Positions 48,284 through 57,446 of a DNA stretch of 64,000 nt are shown in pieces. Source of the stretch: Candidatus Omnitrophota bacterium (GTDB lineage: Bacteria > Omnitrophota > Gorgyraeia > Gygaellales > Profunditerraquicolaceae). The stretch covers positions 64,905-128,904 of the forward strand of contig JAUSED010000012.1 of NCBI GenBank assembly GCA_030650425.1. Reading direction: 5' to 3'. A program made the position numbers and the translations under genes. Under the pieces are notes generated by a model. It ran no database searches and was not told the DNA's origin. It saw only the letters and a list, made by a program, of their open reading frames with translations. Position 1 is the stretch's first letter. Each line of letters opens with the position of its first letter.

Positions 48284-48764
48284 AGATGATTATAAGGAAT
48301 ATTTTCAACAAATTGCCGGAGTAGAAAGGTTGATGATCTATAATGTGCAGGACCTGCTTATTTTGCTGGATGATCAAGAGTTAAAATATACATTGAGAAA
48401 TGTCGCTAGCGATGAATCAAGGCACTACGGTTATATCAAGGAGATTTTTGACTCCATTTTATTCCAGGATGAAGCTGAAAAGCGTAGATTTATCCGGATT
48501 CATTCTTTAGGGAGAGTGAAAATAAAAATAAAGGGTAAAGACGGTTTCATTGAGGCATATTGCGTGAATATCTCTCCGGGGGGAATTTGTATCGAGTCTA
48601 ACCAGAAAATTAATCCCCAAGATACCCTTGAATTATGGGTTGACTTTTTTAATGGCCGGGAGCCGGGGCACCATTTTGGCACCCTTCTTTGGCGGGCCGA
48701 GATAGGCGCTGATTTACAAATAGAGAGCATTCGTTATCAAGCAGGGGTACGTTTTAACGCGTAA
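48273..48764 (+). CDS. PilZ-domain c-di-GMP-binding protein
   Basis: RRFIR (RxxxR) and NISPGG (D/NxSxGG) motifs in the C-terminal half. Confidence 0.65.
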   Translation: MFSKDDYKEYFQQIAGVERLMIYNVQDLLILLDDQELKYTLRNVASDESRHYGYIKEIFDSILFQDEAEKRRFIRIHSLGRVKIKIKGKDGFIEAYCVNISPGGICIESNQKINPQDTLELWVDFFNGREPGHHFGTLLWRAEIGADLQIESIRYQAGVRFNA

Positions 48765-48818
48765 TAACTATTTAGATTAATTCCTTCCTATATTTTTCAA
48801 CGCAAGCCTCATTTTTTT

Positions 48819-48857
48819 CTTGTAATTGTCAACCAAATAGATTAAGATAATTGACAA
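48819..48857 (+). promoter_or_regulatory. Putative bioB promoter (TTGTAA-17-TAAGAT) overlapped by the inverted repeat AATTGTCAA-N16-TTGACAA(AT), a candidate BirA-type operator
   Basis: Arms at 48824–48832 and 48851–48857; resembles the BirA half-site TGT(T/C)AAC. Confidence 0.35.
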
Positions 48858-49772
48858 ATGGAAAAGGATATACTTCGATTACTGGAATTACCGTTTCCCG
48901 AGTTGATTTCTTTGGCGAACAGCACAAGAAATGAACATGCTGGTAAGCATATCGATCTCTGCAGCATTATGAATGCTAAATCCGGGATGTGCGCTCAAGA
49001 CTGTAAATTCTGCGCGCAATCCGCCAGGCACTCTACGGGAATAAACACCTATTCTCTTAAGAAAAGAGAAGAGATGCTTGAGCTTGCCCAAAAAGCTAAA
49101 GCTATAGGCGCGGACAGGTTTGATATTGTTACCAGCGGGAATAGCTTGTCTGCGGATGAGTTTGCGCTAATATGTGAAGCGATTCGAGAAATTAAGCATA
49201 AAATTGGCATCAAGCTATGCGCCTCCTTGGGTAAGCTTAGCGAAAAACAACTGAGCCAATTAAAAGAGTCTGGTTTAACCCGTTATCACCATAATTTAGA
49301 AACCTCACGGCGTTATTTCCCGCAGATCGTCAGTACACATTCTTTTGATGATCGCGTTGAAACCATTAAAGCGGTAAAAAAAGTTGGGTTGGAGGCTTGT
49401 TCCGGAGGGATTATTGGAATGGGTGAAAGTATGGAAGACAGAATTTCATTGGCGCTTACTTTAGAGGAATTGGGCGTTGACTCCGTGCCGATTAATATTT
49501 TAGTACCTATCAAGGGGACTCCTCTAGGGGAGAGGCCGCTTCTTTCTTGTACGGAGGCTATTCGTACCGTCGCTATCTTCAGGATTATTTTAAAGGAGAA
49601 GACGATTAAGGTTGCCGCAGGGAGAGAGTCAGTGCTTAAGGATTTTCAGGCGATGGCTTTTATGGCCGGGGCCAATGGTATGCTCATCGGCGGGTATCTT
49701 ACGATCAAAGGCCGGAGCGTGGATGAGGATTGGAAATTGGTTGAGGAGGTAAAAAAGCTGTGGCAGGATTAG
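48858..49772 (+). CDS. bioB: Biotin synthase
   Basis: Radical SAM motif CAQDCKFC; 304 aa. Confidence 0.9.
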   Translation: MEKDILRLLELPFPELISLANSTRNEHAGKHIDLCSIMNAKSGMCAQDCKFCAQSARHSTGINTYSLKKREEMLELAQKAKAIGADRFDIVTSGNSLSADEFALICEAIREIKHKIGIKLCASLGKLSEKQLSQLKESGLTRYHHNLETSRRYFPQIVSTHSFDDRVETIKAVKKVGLEACSGGIIGMGESMEDRISLALTLEELGVDSVPINILVPIKGTPLGERPLLSCTEAIRTVAIFRIILKEKTIKVAAGRESVLKDFQAMAFMAGANGMLIGGYLTIKGRSVDEDWKLVEEVKKLWQD

Positions 49773-50923
49773 ATCTGCAAATAGCAGAATTCTTAAAAGA
49801 GAAAGAGGATGCGGGCGAACTTAGAATCTTGAAGCCTATATCTGGAAGGCATAACGGGAGAATTTGTTTTAAGGAGCAGGAATATATTGATTTTTCTTCC
49901 AATGATTATCTGGGTTTATCCAGTCATCCAAAACTTATCGAAGAGAGTAAAAAGGCGATTGATAAGTTTGGTACGGCAAGCTCTGCTTCCCGCCTGTTGA
50001 GTGGGAGCCTCAACTTGCATCATTTGCTTGAGGAGAGGCTCGCTTGTTTTAAAGATAAAGAATCAGCCCTGGTTTTTAATTCCGGTTATCACGCCAATAT
50101 CGGCGTGATTAGCAGTATTTACGCGGATAAGGATGTTGTTTTCTCTGATCGCCTAAATCACGCCAGCATTATCGACGGAATACGTTTGTCTCAGGCGCAT
50201 TTTTTTCGCTTTCAGCATAATGATCTGGAACATCTGGATTCGCTGCTTAAGAAAGAGAGAAGTAAATTTAGGCATGCCTTGATCGTCACGGAATCACTAT
50301 TTAGTATGGATGGGGACAGGCCTCCGCTAAAGGAGCTGGTTTACTTAAAAGAAAAATATGATTGTCAGTTGATGGTTGATGAAGCGCATGCTACAGGCAT
50401 CTTTGGCCGGAATGGGAGCGGAGTGGTAGAAGAAGAAGGGTTGGTTAACAGAGTAGATTTATTGATGGGGACATTCAGTAAGGCGTTGGGAGGCTATGGC
50501 GGGTATTTGGCTGCCTCTAAAAGAATAACCGGCTACTTAGTAAATACAGCCAGAAGTTTTATCTATTCTACAGCTTTACCGCCTTCGGCTATCGCTGCTA
50601 ACTTGGCAGCTATTGAGATAATCAAGAATGAACCTTGGCGCAGGAAAGATCTTTTGGAAAATGTACGATATTTTCGGCAAGCCTTAAGTGAAAAAGGTTT
50701 AAGCCCTAAAGGCGAGGCCCAGATTGTTCCCTTAATTACCAAAGATAGTCTTAGGACAGTAGAACTATCCGAAAAACTTCAGGCTAAGGGATACTGGGTG
50801 CTTCCTATACGGCCTCCCACTGTCCCGCGGAATCAGGCGCGCCTGCGCTTTAGCTTGACTACGCATCATCATCAAAAAATCCTGCGAAAATTAATCGATG
50901 ATCTTACAGAGATCGGAATTTAA
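49760..50923 (+). CDS. bioF: 8-amino-7-oxononanoate synthase
   Basis: PLP-dependent fold-type I; the FSKALGGYGGY Lys region. Confidence 0.85.
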   Translation: MAGLDLQIAEFLKEKEDAGELRILKPISGRHNGRICFKEQEYIDFSSNDYLGLSSHPKLIEESKKAIDKFGTASSASRLLSGSLNLHHLLEERLACFKDKESALVFNSGYHANIGVISSIYADKDVVFSDRLNHASIIDGIRLSQAHFFRFQHNDLEHLDSLLKKERSKFRHALIVTESLFSMDGDRPPLKELVYLKEKYDCQLMVDEAHATGIFGRNGSGVVEEEGLVNRVDLLMGTFSKALGGYGGYLAASKRITGYLVNTARSFIYSTALPPSAIAANLAAIEIIKNEPWRRKDLLENVRYFRQALSEKGLSPKGEAQIVPLITKDSLRTVELSEKLQAKGYWVLPIRPPTVPRNQARLRFSLTTHHHQKILRKLIDDLTEIGI

Positions 50924-51593
50924 ATTCTTGGATCGGGGTTTCGAAGAAACCCTGGTTTGCCTTCCTGGCTGGGCTGCTGATTATAGGCTCTTTTCTTGGC
51001 TAGATCTAAAATATAATTATTTATTTGCCATGCGCTTGTCTCCTTTTGAATTTAGTAAACATCTTGCCGATTACCTGCATAAAATATCCGAGGATAAAAT
51101 ATCGCTCTTAGGTTACTCGCTGGGTGGATTTTTAGCAGCAGATTTTGCTAAAAATTATTCTGAGATGGTCGGGGAGCTTATCCTGTTGAGTATACGTAAG
51201 GGATATGATGGCAAAGTTATAAAGGAGATTAAAGAGAAGCTGATAAAAAATCAGAGGGGGTACCTTTATAGGTTTTATCTGGATTGTTTTTCCAAGGACG
51301 ATGCGCAAGGATTAGGCTGGTTTAAGCAGCATCTTTTAAAAGATTACTTAAAGGAGATGAGGTTAGAGGATTTGATGGCGGGTTTGGATTATCTGGAAAT
51401 AGCCAGAATCAATCCGCAATCCCTGCGCCCGATAAATAAAATAAGTATCTTTCACGGGGAAGACGATCGCATCGCTCCGCTGGAAGAGGCGAGGTCCATA
51501 AAATCGGAATTAGCGCGGGCCAAATTTATTGCTCTGCCTAAGCTGGGCCACCTTTGTTTTTTAAACCGCAGGCTCGAGGAAAATATCGTTTAA
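50898..51593 (+). CDS. Alpha/beta hydrolase, probable pimeloyl-ACP methyl ester esterase (BioH/BioG-like)
   Basis: Nucleophile elbow GYSLGG; Asp in FHGEDD; His in GHLCF; sits between bioF and bioC. Confidence 0.6.
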   Translation: MILQRSEFKFLDRGFEETLVCLPGWAADYRLFSWLDLKYNYLFAMRLSPFEFSKHLADYLHKISEDKISLLGYSLGGFLAADFAKNYSEMVGELILLSIRKGYDGKVIKEIKEKLIKNQRGYLYRFYLDCFSKDDAQGLGWFKQHLLKDYLKEMRLEDLMAGLDYLEIARINPQSLRPINKISIFHGEDDRIAPLEEARSIKSELARAKFIALPKLGHLCFLNRRLEENIV

Positions 51594-52354
51594 TGGAGAA
51601 AAATACATTAGTTAGGAATTTTTCCCGCTATGCGCATTTGTATGACAGTCACGCGCAGGTACAAAACTACACCGCTTCCTTGCTTCTCCAAGAGATAAAA
51701 GATTTTGAAGTAAACAAGATTCTTGAAATAGGGTGTGGCACGGGTAATTTTACTCTCTTGCTGAAAAATAGATTTGAGCATGCGCAGATTAAAGCTATAG
51801 ATATATCCGCGGAGATGGTTAAAATTGCCAAAGAGAAATTATTAGGCCGGAAAATAGAATTTGTTGTTACTGATGCGCGATATTTAGAATTGAGCGAATC
51901 ATTTAACCTGATTACTTCGAATGCCTGCTTGCATTGGTTTAGTAACCCGCAGGAGGTATTGTCAGGCTATAAGAAGCTGCTTAGGCGGAGAGGAGCGGTT
52001 TCTTTTTCTCTATTTGGACCGCGTACTTTCTGGGAATTAAAAGAGTCCTTAAACCGTATTTCCAAGGCCAGCATTTTAAGTTCCGGCGGTTTCTTGGATA
52101 AAGAAGGGATTAGCCAAATTATGCGCAATAATTTTTCTGAAGTTAAAATAAAAGAAACGGTATTTACCCAGACGCACGTTAGCCTTAAGGAATTATTCTA
52201 TAAAATAAAATACACCGGAGTAAGGGGGAATGGCCTTAACGGAAAAATAACTTTTACGCCCGGGTTTATCGAGAGATTAGAAAAATGTTATTTGGATAAA
52301 TTTAAAGAAATTAAAGCTACCTACCAGGTTTTTATTTGTCAGGGAAAGTCATGA
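51593..52354 (+). CDS. bioC: Malonyl-ACP O-methyltransferase
   Basis: ATG at 51593 overlaps the upstream stop (TAATG). FSRYAHLYD and ILEIGCGTGNFT motifs. Confidence 0.75.
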   Translation: MEKNTLVRNFSRYAHLYDSHAQVQNYTASLLLQEIKDFEVNKILEIGCGTGNFTLLLKNRFEHAQIKAIDISAEMVKIAKEKLLGRKIEFVVTDARYLELSESFNLITSNACLHWFSNPQEVLSGYKKLLRRRGAVSFSLFGPRTFWELKESLNRISKASILSSGGFLDKEGISQIMRNNFSEVKIKETVFTQTHVSLKELFYKIKYTGVRGNGLNGKITFTPGFIERLEKCYLDKFKEIKATYQVFICQGKS

Positions 52355-53046
52355 ATAAGGCTATATTTATTACCGGCACGGATACCGGTATAGGCAAGAG
52401 CGTAGTTACCGGCCTCTTGGCGAGATATCTTTTAGAGAGTGGCTGTAACGTTATCACGCAGAAATGGATCCAGACCGGTTCCCGGGGGTTTTCCGAGGAT
52501 ATCAAAACACATCTTAAGATGATGGGTAAAGACAAGGCGTATATAGGAGATTATCTGGAGAGTATTTGTCCATATTCATTCAAACTTGCTTGTTCGCCTC
52601 ATCTTGCCGCTCAAAGCGAAGGCAGGAAAATAAACCCGGGTAAGATTAAAAATGATTTTAGATTGTTAAGCGACTCTTTTGAGTTTGTACTCGTAGAGGG
52701 TGTAGGCGGGGCGCTGGTTCCCTTTAATCAAAAGCGTTTAGTGATCGATATCGCCAAAGACCTGCGCTTGCCGATTTTGATTGTCGTGGGAAATAAATTA
52801 GGGGCGATCAATCATAGTTTATTGACGATTGAGGCGCTAAGAGCAAGACGATTGAAAATTCTAGGGTTGGTCTTTAATAATTTCCCGCGCCAGAATCAAA
52901 GAGTGCTTGAGGATAATCAACGCATCATAGAATCAATGGCCAGAGAAGAAGTATTTGGTGCATTTAACCGGCAAACGGATTATAAAAAATTATATCAAGA
53001 TTTTAAGCGGATAGGGGAGAAGATATGCCTGCGCATCAATGGCTGA
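52336..53046 (+). CDS. bioD: Dethiobiotin synthetase
   Basis: P-loop ITGTDTGIGKS. Confidence 0.85.
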   Translation: MSGKVMNKAIFITGTDTGIGKSVVTGLLARYLLESGCNVITQKWIQTGSRGFSEDIKTHLKMMGKDKAYIGDYLESICPYSFKLACSPHLAAQSEGRKINPGKIKNDFRLLSDSFEFVLVEGVGGALVPFNQKRLVIDIAKDLRLPILIVVGNKLGAINHSLLTIEALRARRLKILGLVFNNFPRQNQRVLEDNQRIIESMAREEVFGAFNRQTDYKKLYQDFKRIGEKICLRING

Positions 53047-54377
53047 AAAAAGATCGGGAATACGTCTGGCATCCTTATACTCAGATGAAGGATTGCCGCA
53101 AGGTTCCCCCGCTTTTAATTAATTCGGCCAAAGGGGTAAAGCTTTATAGTGAAGAAGGTAATATGTATTATGATACTATCTCCAGCTGGTGGTGTAATGT
53201 GCACGGCCATAATCATCCCAAGATTAAAAAAGCGATATGCAAACAGTTGGATTTCTTAGATCACATTCTTTTTGCGGGACTTACCCATAAGCCGGCCATA
53301 GGCTTAGCGGAAAAATTAGTTTCTTTGACGCCGGCTAACTTAACCAAGGTTTTTTTCTCGGATAACGGCTCAACCGCGGTGGAAGTAGCCCTAAAAATGT
53401 CTTTTCAGTATTGGCAGAATGTTGGCGCCAGTAAAAAGAAGAGATTCGTCTCTCTGGATATGGGTTATCACGGTGATACGATCGGCGCGATGAGCGTGAG
53501 CGGGGTAGATCTTTTTAACAAAATATTTTCTCCGTTATTTTTACCCTCTTTTAAAGTGCCTAGCCCGTACTGTTATCGCTGCCCGCGGAAAAAGGAGAGA
53601 GATTCTTGTAATATTGATTGCATAAAGCCGCTAGAAGACTTGTGTAAGAAAAAATCCAAGGAGATAGCCGCTATTATTTTAGAGCCAATGGTGATGGCTG
53701 CCTCCGGAATGATCATTTATCCCAAAGAGTATTTAATCAAGGTGGCGGAATTAGCTAAGCGTTATAATATTCATTTAATTTTAGATGAAGTGGCTACCGG
53801 TTTTGGCCGCACAGGCAAGATGTTTGCTTTGGAACATGCTTCGGTAGAGCCTGATTTCCTTTGTCTTTCTAAAGGGATTACCTCTGGCTATCTGCCTTTA
53901 GCCGTAACTTTGACTACTGACAAAGTTTATCAGGCGTTCTATGGTGATTATGAGGAACGTAAAACCTTCTTTCACGGCCATACCTTTACCGCCAATCCGA
54001 TTAGTTGTTCCGCGGCATTGGCAAGTTTGAATATTTTTAAAGAAGAAGATACGCTGAAAAGAGTTAAAGAAATAATTCCTTTTTTCCACCTTCGGATGGA
54101 AGGGTTTAGAGATTTTCCCTTAGTGGGTGATGTACGCTATCTGGGTTTGATTGGTGCTATTGAGTTAGTAAAAGATAAAAAGACAAAAGAGGGATTTCCT
54201 TTTGAAAAGAGGATCGGTTTTAAGGCTTATCAATTAGGGCTTAAAAGACAGCTTATTTTAAGGCCGTTAGGAAATGTCATTTATTTGTTCCTCCCGCTTT
54301 GTATAACCAAGAGAGATTTGGAAGAGATATTAAATAGAGTTTATTTGGTAGTAAAGGCGTTGCAGACTCAAAAATAG
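53025..54377 (+). CDS. bioA: Adenosylmethionine-8-amino-7-oxononanoate aminotransferase
   Basis: Class III aminotransferase; 450 aa; LSKGITSGYLPL (Lys). Confidence 0.9.
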   Translation: MPAHQWLKKDREYVWHPYTQMKDCRKVPPLLINSAKGVKLYSEEGNMYYDTISSWWCNVHGHNHPKIKKAICKQLDFLDHILFAGLTHKPAIGLAEKLVSLTPANLTKVFFSDNGSTAVEVALKMSFQYWQNVGASKKKRFVSLDMGYHGDTIGAMSVSGVDLFNKIFSPLFLPSFKVPSPYCYRCPRKKERDSCNIDCIKPLEDLCKKKSKEIAAIILEPMVMAASGMIIYPKEYLIKVAELAKRYNIHLILDEVATGFGRTGKMFALEHASVEPDFLCLSKGITSGYLPLAVTLTTDKVYQAFYGDYEERKTFFHGHTFTANPISCSAALASLNIFKEEDTLKRVKEIIPFFHLRMEGFRDFPLVGDVRYLGLIGAIELVKDKKTKEGFPFEKRIGFKAYQLGLKRQLILRPLGNVIYLFLPLCITKRDLEEILNRVYLVVKALQTQK

Positions 54378-54406
54378 TAGGCTATAAATGTCCAATCTGA
54401 TTACAG

Positions 54407-54461
54407 CAGGGGACACTTTCCATCAGGGCTATCGCGAAGCCCTTTATAGGAAAGTGTCCCC
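54407..54461 (+). terminator. Nested hairpin (13-bp perfect outer stem GGGGACACTTTCC/GGAAAGTGTCCCC enclosing an AGGGC/GCCCT inner stem) downstream of bioA
   Basis: Seen directly in the sequence; the 3' flank is only moderately T-rich. Confidence 0.45.
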
Positions 54462-54806
54462 TACTGTTTGCTCTGAGCGAAAAAAATAGAAACGATCCCC
54501 TGTTTTGAAAGCGCTTCCAAAATATACCCCTGTTTTGACCTTGATAGCGTCGAGCTAAGTGTTATACTTTGAATGTAACTTAGGGGGAGGATGGAGGAAT
54601 GCAAACTCAAGGGGGGATTTTTTATGGCCAGAAAAACACGTACAAAAATCTGGTACTTTACCAAAAAGGAATATACTACATTTTAGTAAGACTAATAAGG
54701 ACGATACGATAATAGTCAGGTAGTGCATATTTAGCTGTTTCCGATGCGAACAAGAGAGTGGATCTGTGGAGTAAGGTATAGGTTATTTTCCTTTGCAAAG
54801 TGGTAA

Positions 54807-55163
54807 TTTAATAGTATAATTTCTACTAAAGAAGCCTTCATTACAGCCGAAGACTTATACCGCTCAAAACATTATGTCCAAGCTTTATTTTTTGGCCATC
54901 TTGCGATAGAAAAGCTTCTGAAGGCTAAAATTATTGAAACGACTAAACAGGAGCCCTTATATTCGCATGATTTGGTTATTTTATCAGGCTATGCAAAACT
55001 TAAACTGAATATAAAAGATCTAGACTTTTTAGCAAGAGTAAACGTATACAATATTCGAGCCAGATACCAAGATTATAAGAGGTCGCTCTATAAACAGGCA
55101 AATAAAAAGTTCACTGTAGCTGAATTAACAGCCATAAAAGAATTCTTTAAGAGGATAGAATGA
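54807..55163 (+). CDS. HEPN-domain protein (partner of the downstream MNT), with no canonical start codon upstream of the conserved region
   Basis: The open frame from 54807 encodes ...HYVQALFFGHLAIEKLLKAKII...YSHDLVILSGYAK. The first ATG is at 54972, inside the domain. Confidence 0.45.
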   Translation, partial: FNSIISTKEAFITAEDLYRSKHYVQALFFGHLAIEKLLKAKIIETTKQEPLYSHDLVILSGYAKLKLNIKDLDFLARVNVYNIRARYQDYKRSLYKQANKKFTVAELTAIKEFFKRIE

Positions 55164-55474
55164 CTTTAGAAAATGTAAAACAGCTGGCCTATAGATATAA
55201 AGCCGCGCTTATCAAAAACAATATACCTGTGGATTCAATATATCTCTTTGGTTCTTATGCCAAAGGTAAGCAGCGTTTGGGGAGTGATATTGATTTCTGT
55301 GTTGTCTCAAAGATATTCGGAAAGAATGACTTTAGGGAGATGGTTTTGATTAATCAGATTGCCAAACGTATCGCTTCACAAATAGAGGCATTTCCAGTTT
55401 CAGAAAAAGAACTAAAAGCCCGCAATAATCCTTTTATTACAGAGGCCCTCAAAACAGGCACCCGTATGGCTTGA
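55160..55474 (+). CDS. Minimal nucleotidyltransferase (MNT) domain protein
   Basis: LFGSYAKG...SDIDFCVV (the GSx9-13DxD motif). Confidence 0.75.
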   Translation: MTLENVKQLAYRYKAALIKNNIPVDSIYLFGSYAKGKQRLGSDIDFCVVSKIFGKNDFREMVLINQIAKRIASQIEAFPVSEKELKARNNPFITEALKTGTRMA

Positions 55475-55548
55475 TACTTTAGCTAAAACCAATCAAACCA
55501 ATCGAAATTTCTTGATTCTCCCGTCTATTCCGGCTATAATTAATAGCT

Positions 55549-56013
55549 ATGGAAAAACTCAAAGTTTTGTTTATTTGCAGGGATAATGCGATCCGTTCGC
55601 GGATGGCCGCGGGATTCCTAAATACTTATTTTGGAGAGCGTTATGAAGCGTATTCTTGCGGAATAAGCCCTTCAGCAATAAATCCCCGGGCACAAGAAGC
55701 GCTGAAAGAAATCGGTATCGATCCCCTGTCTGCTTCCCTGAAGAGTATCGAAGAACTTTCTGACGAAAAATTCGATTGCATCGTTACGCTTTGCGATTTC
55801 GCTAAAGCTAATTTACCGCTGCTTCCTGAACATAGAAAACAACTTCACCAGGGTTTCAAAGATTTTTGTTTACCCATGCTCTGTGAAAACGCGGGAAAAT
55901 CGAAAATGTGTTTTCCTCTCAAGGGCAAAAGAATTGAAAAAGACACTCTTACAGCATTTAGGTACCTGCGAGAAGAGATTTTCCATTGGATTGAAAACGG
56001 GATGGTATTTTGA
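55549..56013 (+). CDS. arsC: Arsenate reductase, LMW-PTP family
   Basis: P-loop CRDNAIRS (CX5R); 154 aa. Confidence 0.8.
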   Translation: MEKLKVLFICRDNAIRSRMAAGFLNTYFGERYEAYSCGISPSAINPRAQEALKEIGIDPLSASLKSIEELSDEKFDCIVTLCDFAKANLPLLPEHRKQLHQGFKDFCLPMLCENAGKSKMCFPLKGKRIEKDTLTAFRYLREEIFHWIENGMVF

Positions 56014-57446
56014 TCGGTAAAATTTTAGTAACCGGGGCCTCTGGTTATATCGGCGGAAGGCTTGTCCCGGAACTGCTGGACAGAGGATATCAAGTCCGGG
56101 TGATGGTCAGGGGAAGCCCGCTTGAATATAGCCGTCTTTGGCCTAAGGCCGAAATAGCGGTCGCGGACGCGCGCCAAATAGAAGGGTTAAGAATAGCCTT
56201 TAAAGGTATAGATACCGCTTATTATTTAATTCATTCCTTACAGCTGGGCTCTAAGGAATTTGCTGCCGCGGATTTACAGGCAGCTAGGAATTTTAGGCAG
56301 GCTGCGCAGGAAGCAGGAATCAAACGGATTATTTATCTTGGAGGGTTGGGCGATGTAAGGGGTGGTGTACTTTCAACGCATTTGCGCAGCCGGTTGGAGG
56401 TGGCTGAAGAACTAAAACGCGGGAAAGTTCCTGTTACCATTCTTCGCGCCGCAATCATCGTTGGTTCGGGAAGCGCTTCCTATGAAATTATTCAGCATTT
56501 GGTTAAGAGGCTGCGGATTATACCAATGCCTCGTTGGGCTAAGAATAGATGCCAGCCGATAGCTATCCGCGATGTAATTAAATATCTTGTAGGGGTGTTA
56601 GAGACACTAGAAACCAGCGGTAATTCTTTTGATATCGGGGGGAAAGATATCTTAACTTATGAAAAGATGCTTAAGGTTTTAGGAGAAGTTTTACGCAAAA
56701 AAATATTTTTCTTTCCTGTACCTTTTTCGAATATCCGTTTTTATGCCTATTTCGCCAGCCTCTTGACCCCGGTCCCCGCGTCAATAACCGAGTGCCTGAT
56801 GGAGGGCTTGAAGAATGAAGTTATCTGTCAGGATGAAAGGATTAAAGATATCCTGCCTTTTGAGGCCTTATCATATAAGGAAGCGATCATAAGAGCAATG
56901 ACCCGGGAGGAACAGGATAGGGTGCATACCCGATGGTCTGATGCTTATCCTCCTGCTCACGCGCTGGCTTTAAAACTCCATGAGCTTGAAAAAACGCCTG
57001 ATTATGTGGTGCATTATTCGCTGCTCACCGAAAAGAACGCCTCTTCGCTTTTTAGCTCCATCTGTAAAATCGGAGGAAAAGAGGGTTGGTTCCACAGTAA
57101 TTGGTTGTGGCGGTTAAGAGGAGGAATAGACCGTATCTTGCTGGGAGTGGGGACAGCCAGAGGAAGAAAAAGCCAGTCCAGCTTAAAAATAAATGACGTG
57201 GTGGATTTTTGGAGAATTGAAGATTTTCAGGAGAACCAAAGGCTGCTTTTACGCGCGGAAATGAAATTACCGGGTAAGGCTTGGCTGGAATTTAGCATTA
57301 CGGATGAGGGTGGTAAGAGAAAATTAAGTATCGCCGCCTACTACGATACGCAAAGCCTCTTTGGTAAAATCTATTGGTATTTATGCCTGCCTTTTCACCG
57401 CTTCATTTTTGTTAATTTGATTGAGGAGATCGAGAGGAGGAGTTGA
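56010..57446 (+). CDS. NAD(P)H-binding (SDR/epimerase-like) protein with C-terminal DUF2867-like region
   Basis: Motif ILVTGASGYIGGRL. Confidence 0.65.
   Translation: MIGKILVTGASGYIGGRLVPELLDRGYQVRVMVRGSPLEYSRLWPKAEIAVADARQIEGLRIAFKGIDTAYYLIHSLQLGSKEFAAADLQAARNFRQAAQEAGIKRIIYLGGLGDVRGGVLSTHLRSRLEVAEELKRGKVPVTILRAAIIVGSGSASYEIIQHLVKRLRIIPMPRWAKNRCQPIAIRDVIKYLVGVLETLETSGNSFDIGGKDILTYEKMLKVLGEVLRKKIFFFPVPFSNIRFYAYFASLLTPVPASITECLMEGLKNEVICQDERIKDILPFEALSYKEAIIRAMTREEQDRVHTRWSDAYPPAHALALKLHELEKTPDYVVHYSLLTEKNASSLFSSICKIGGKEGWFHSNWLWRLRGGIDRILLGVGTARGRKSQSSLKINDVVDFWRIEDFQENQRLLLRAEMKLPGKAWLEFSITDEGGKRKLSIAAYYDTQSLFGKIYWYLCLPFHRFIFVNLIEEIERRS

Noticed and set aside
54461-54664. 67-aa ORF on the - strand downstream of bioA
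   Set aside because: It sits in a hairpin-rich intergenic region. The translation is low-complexity and Ser/Leu-rich, with no RBS or domain support.
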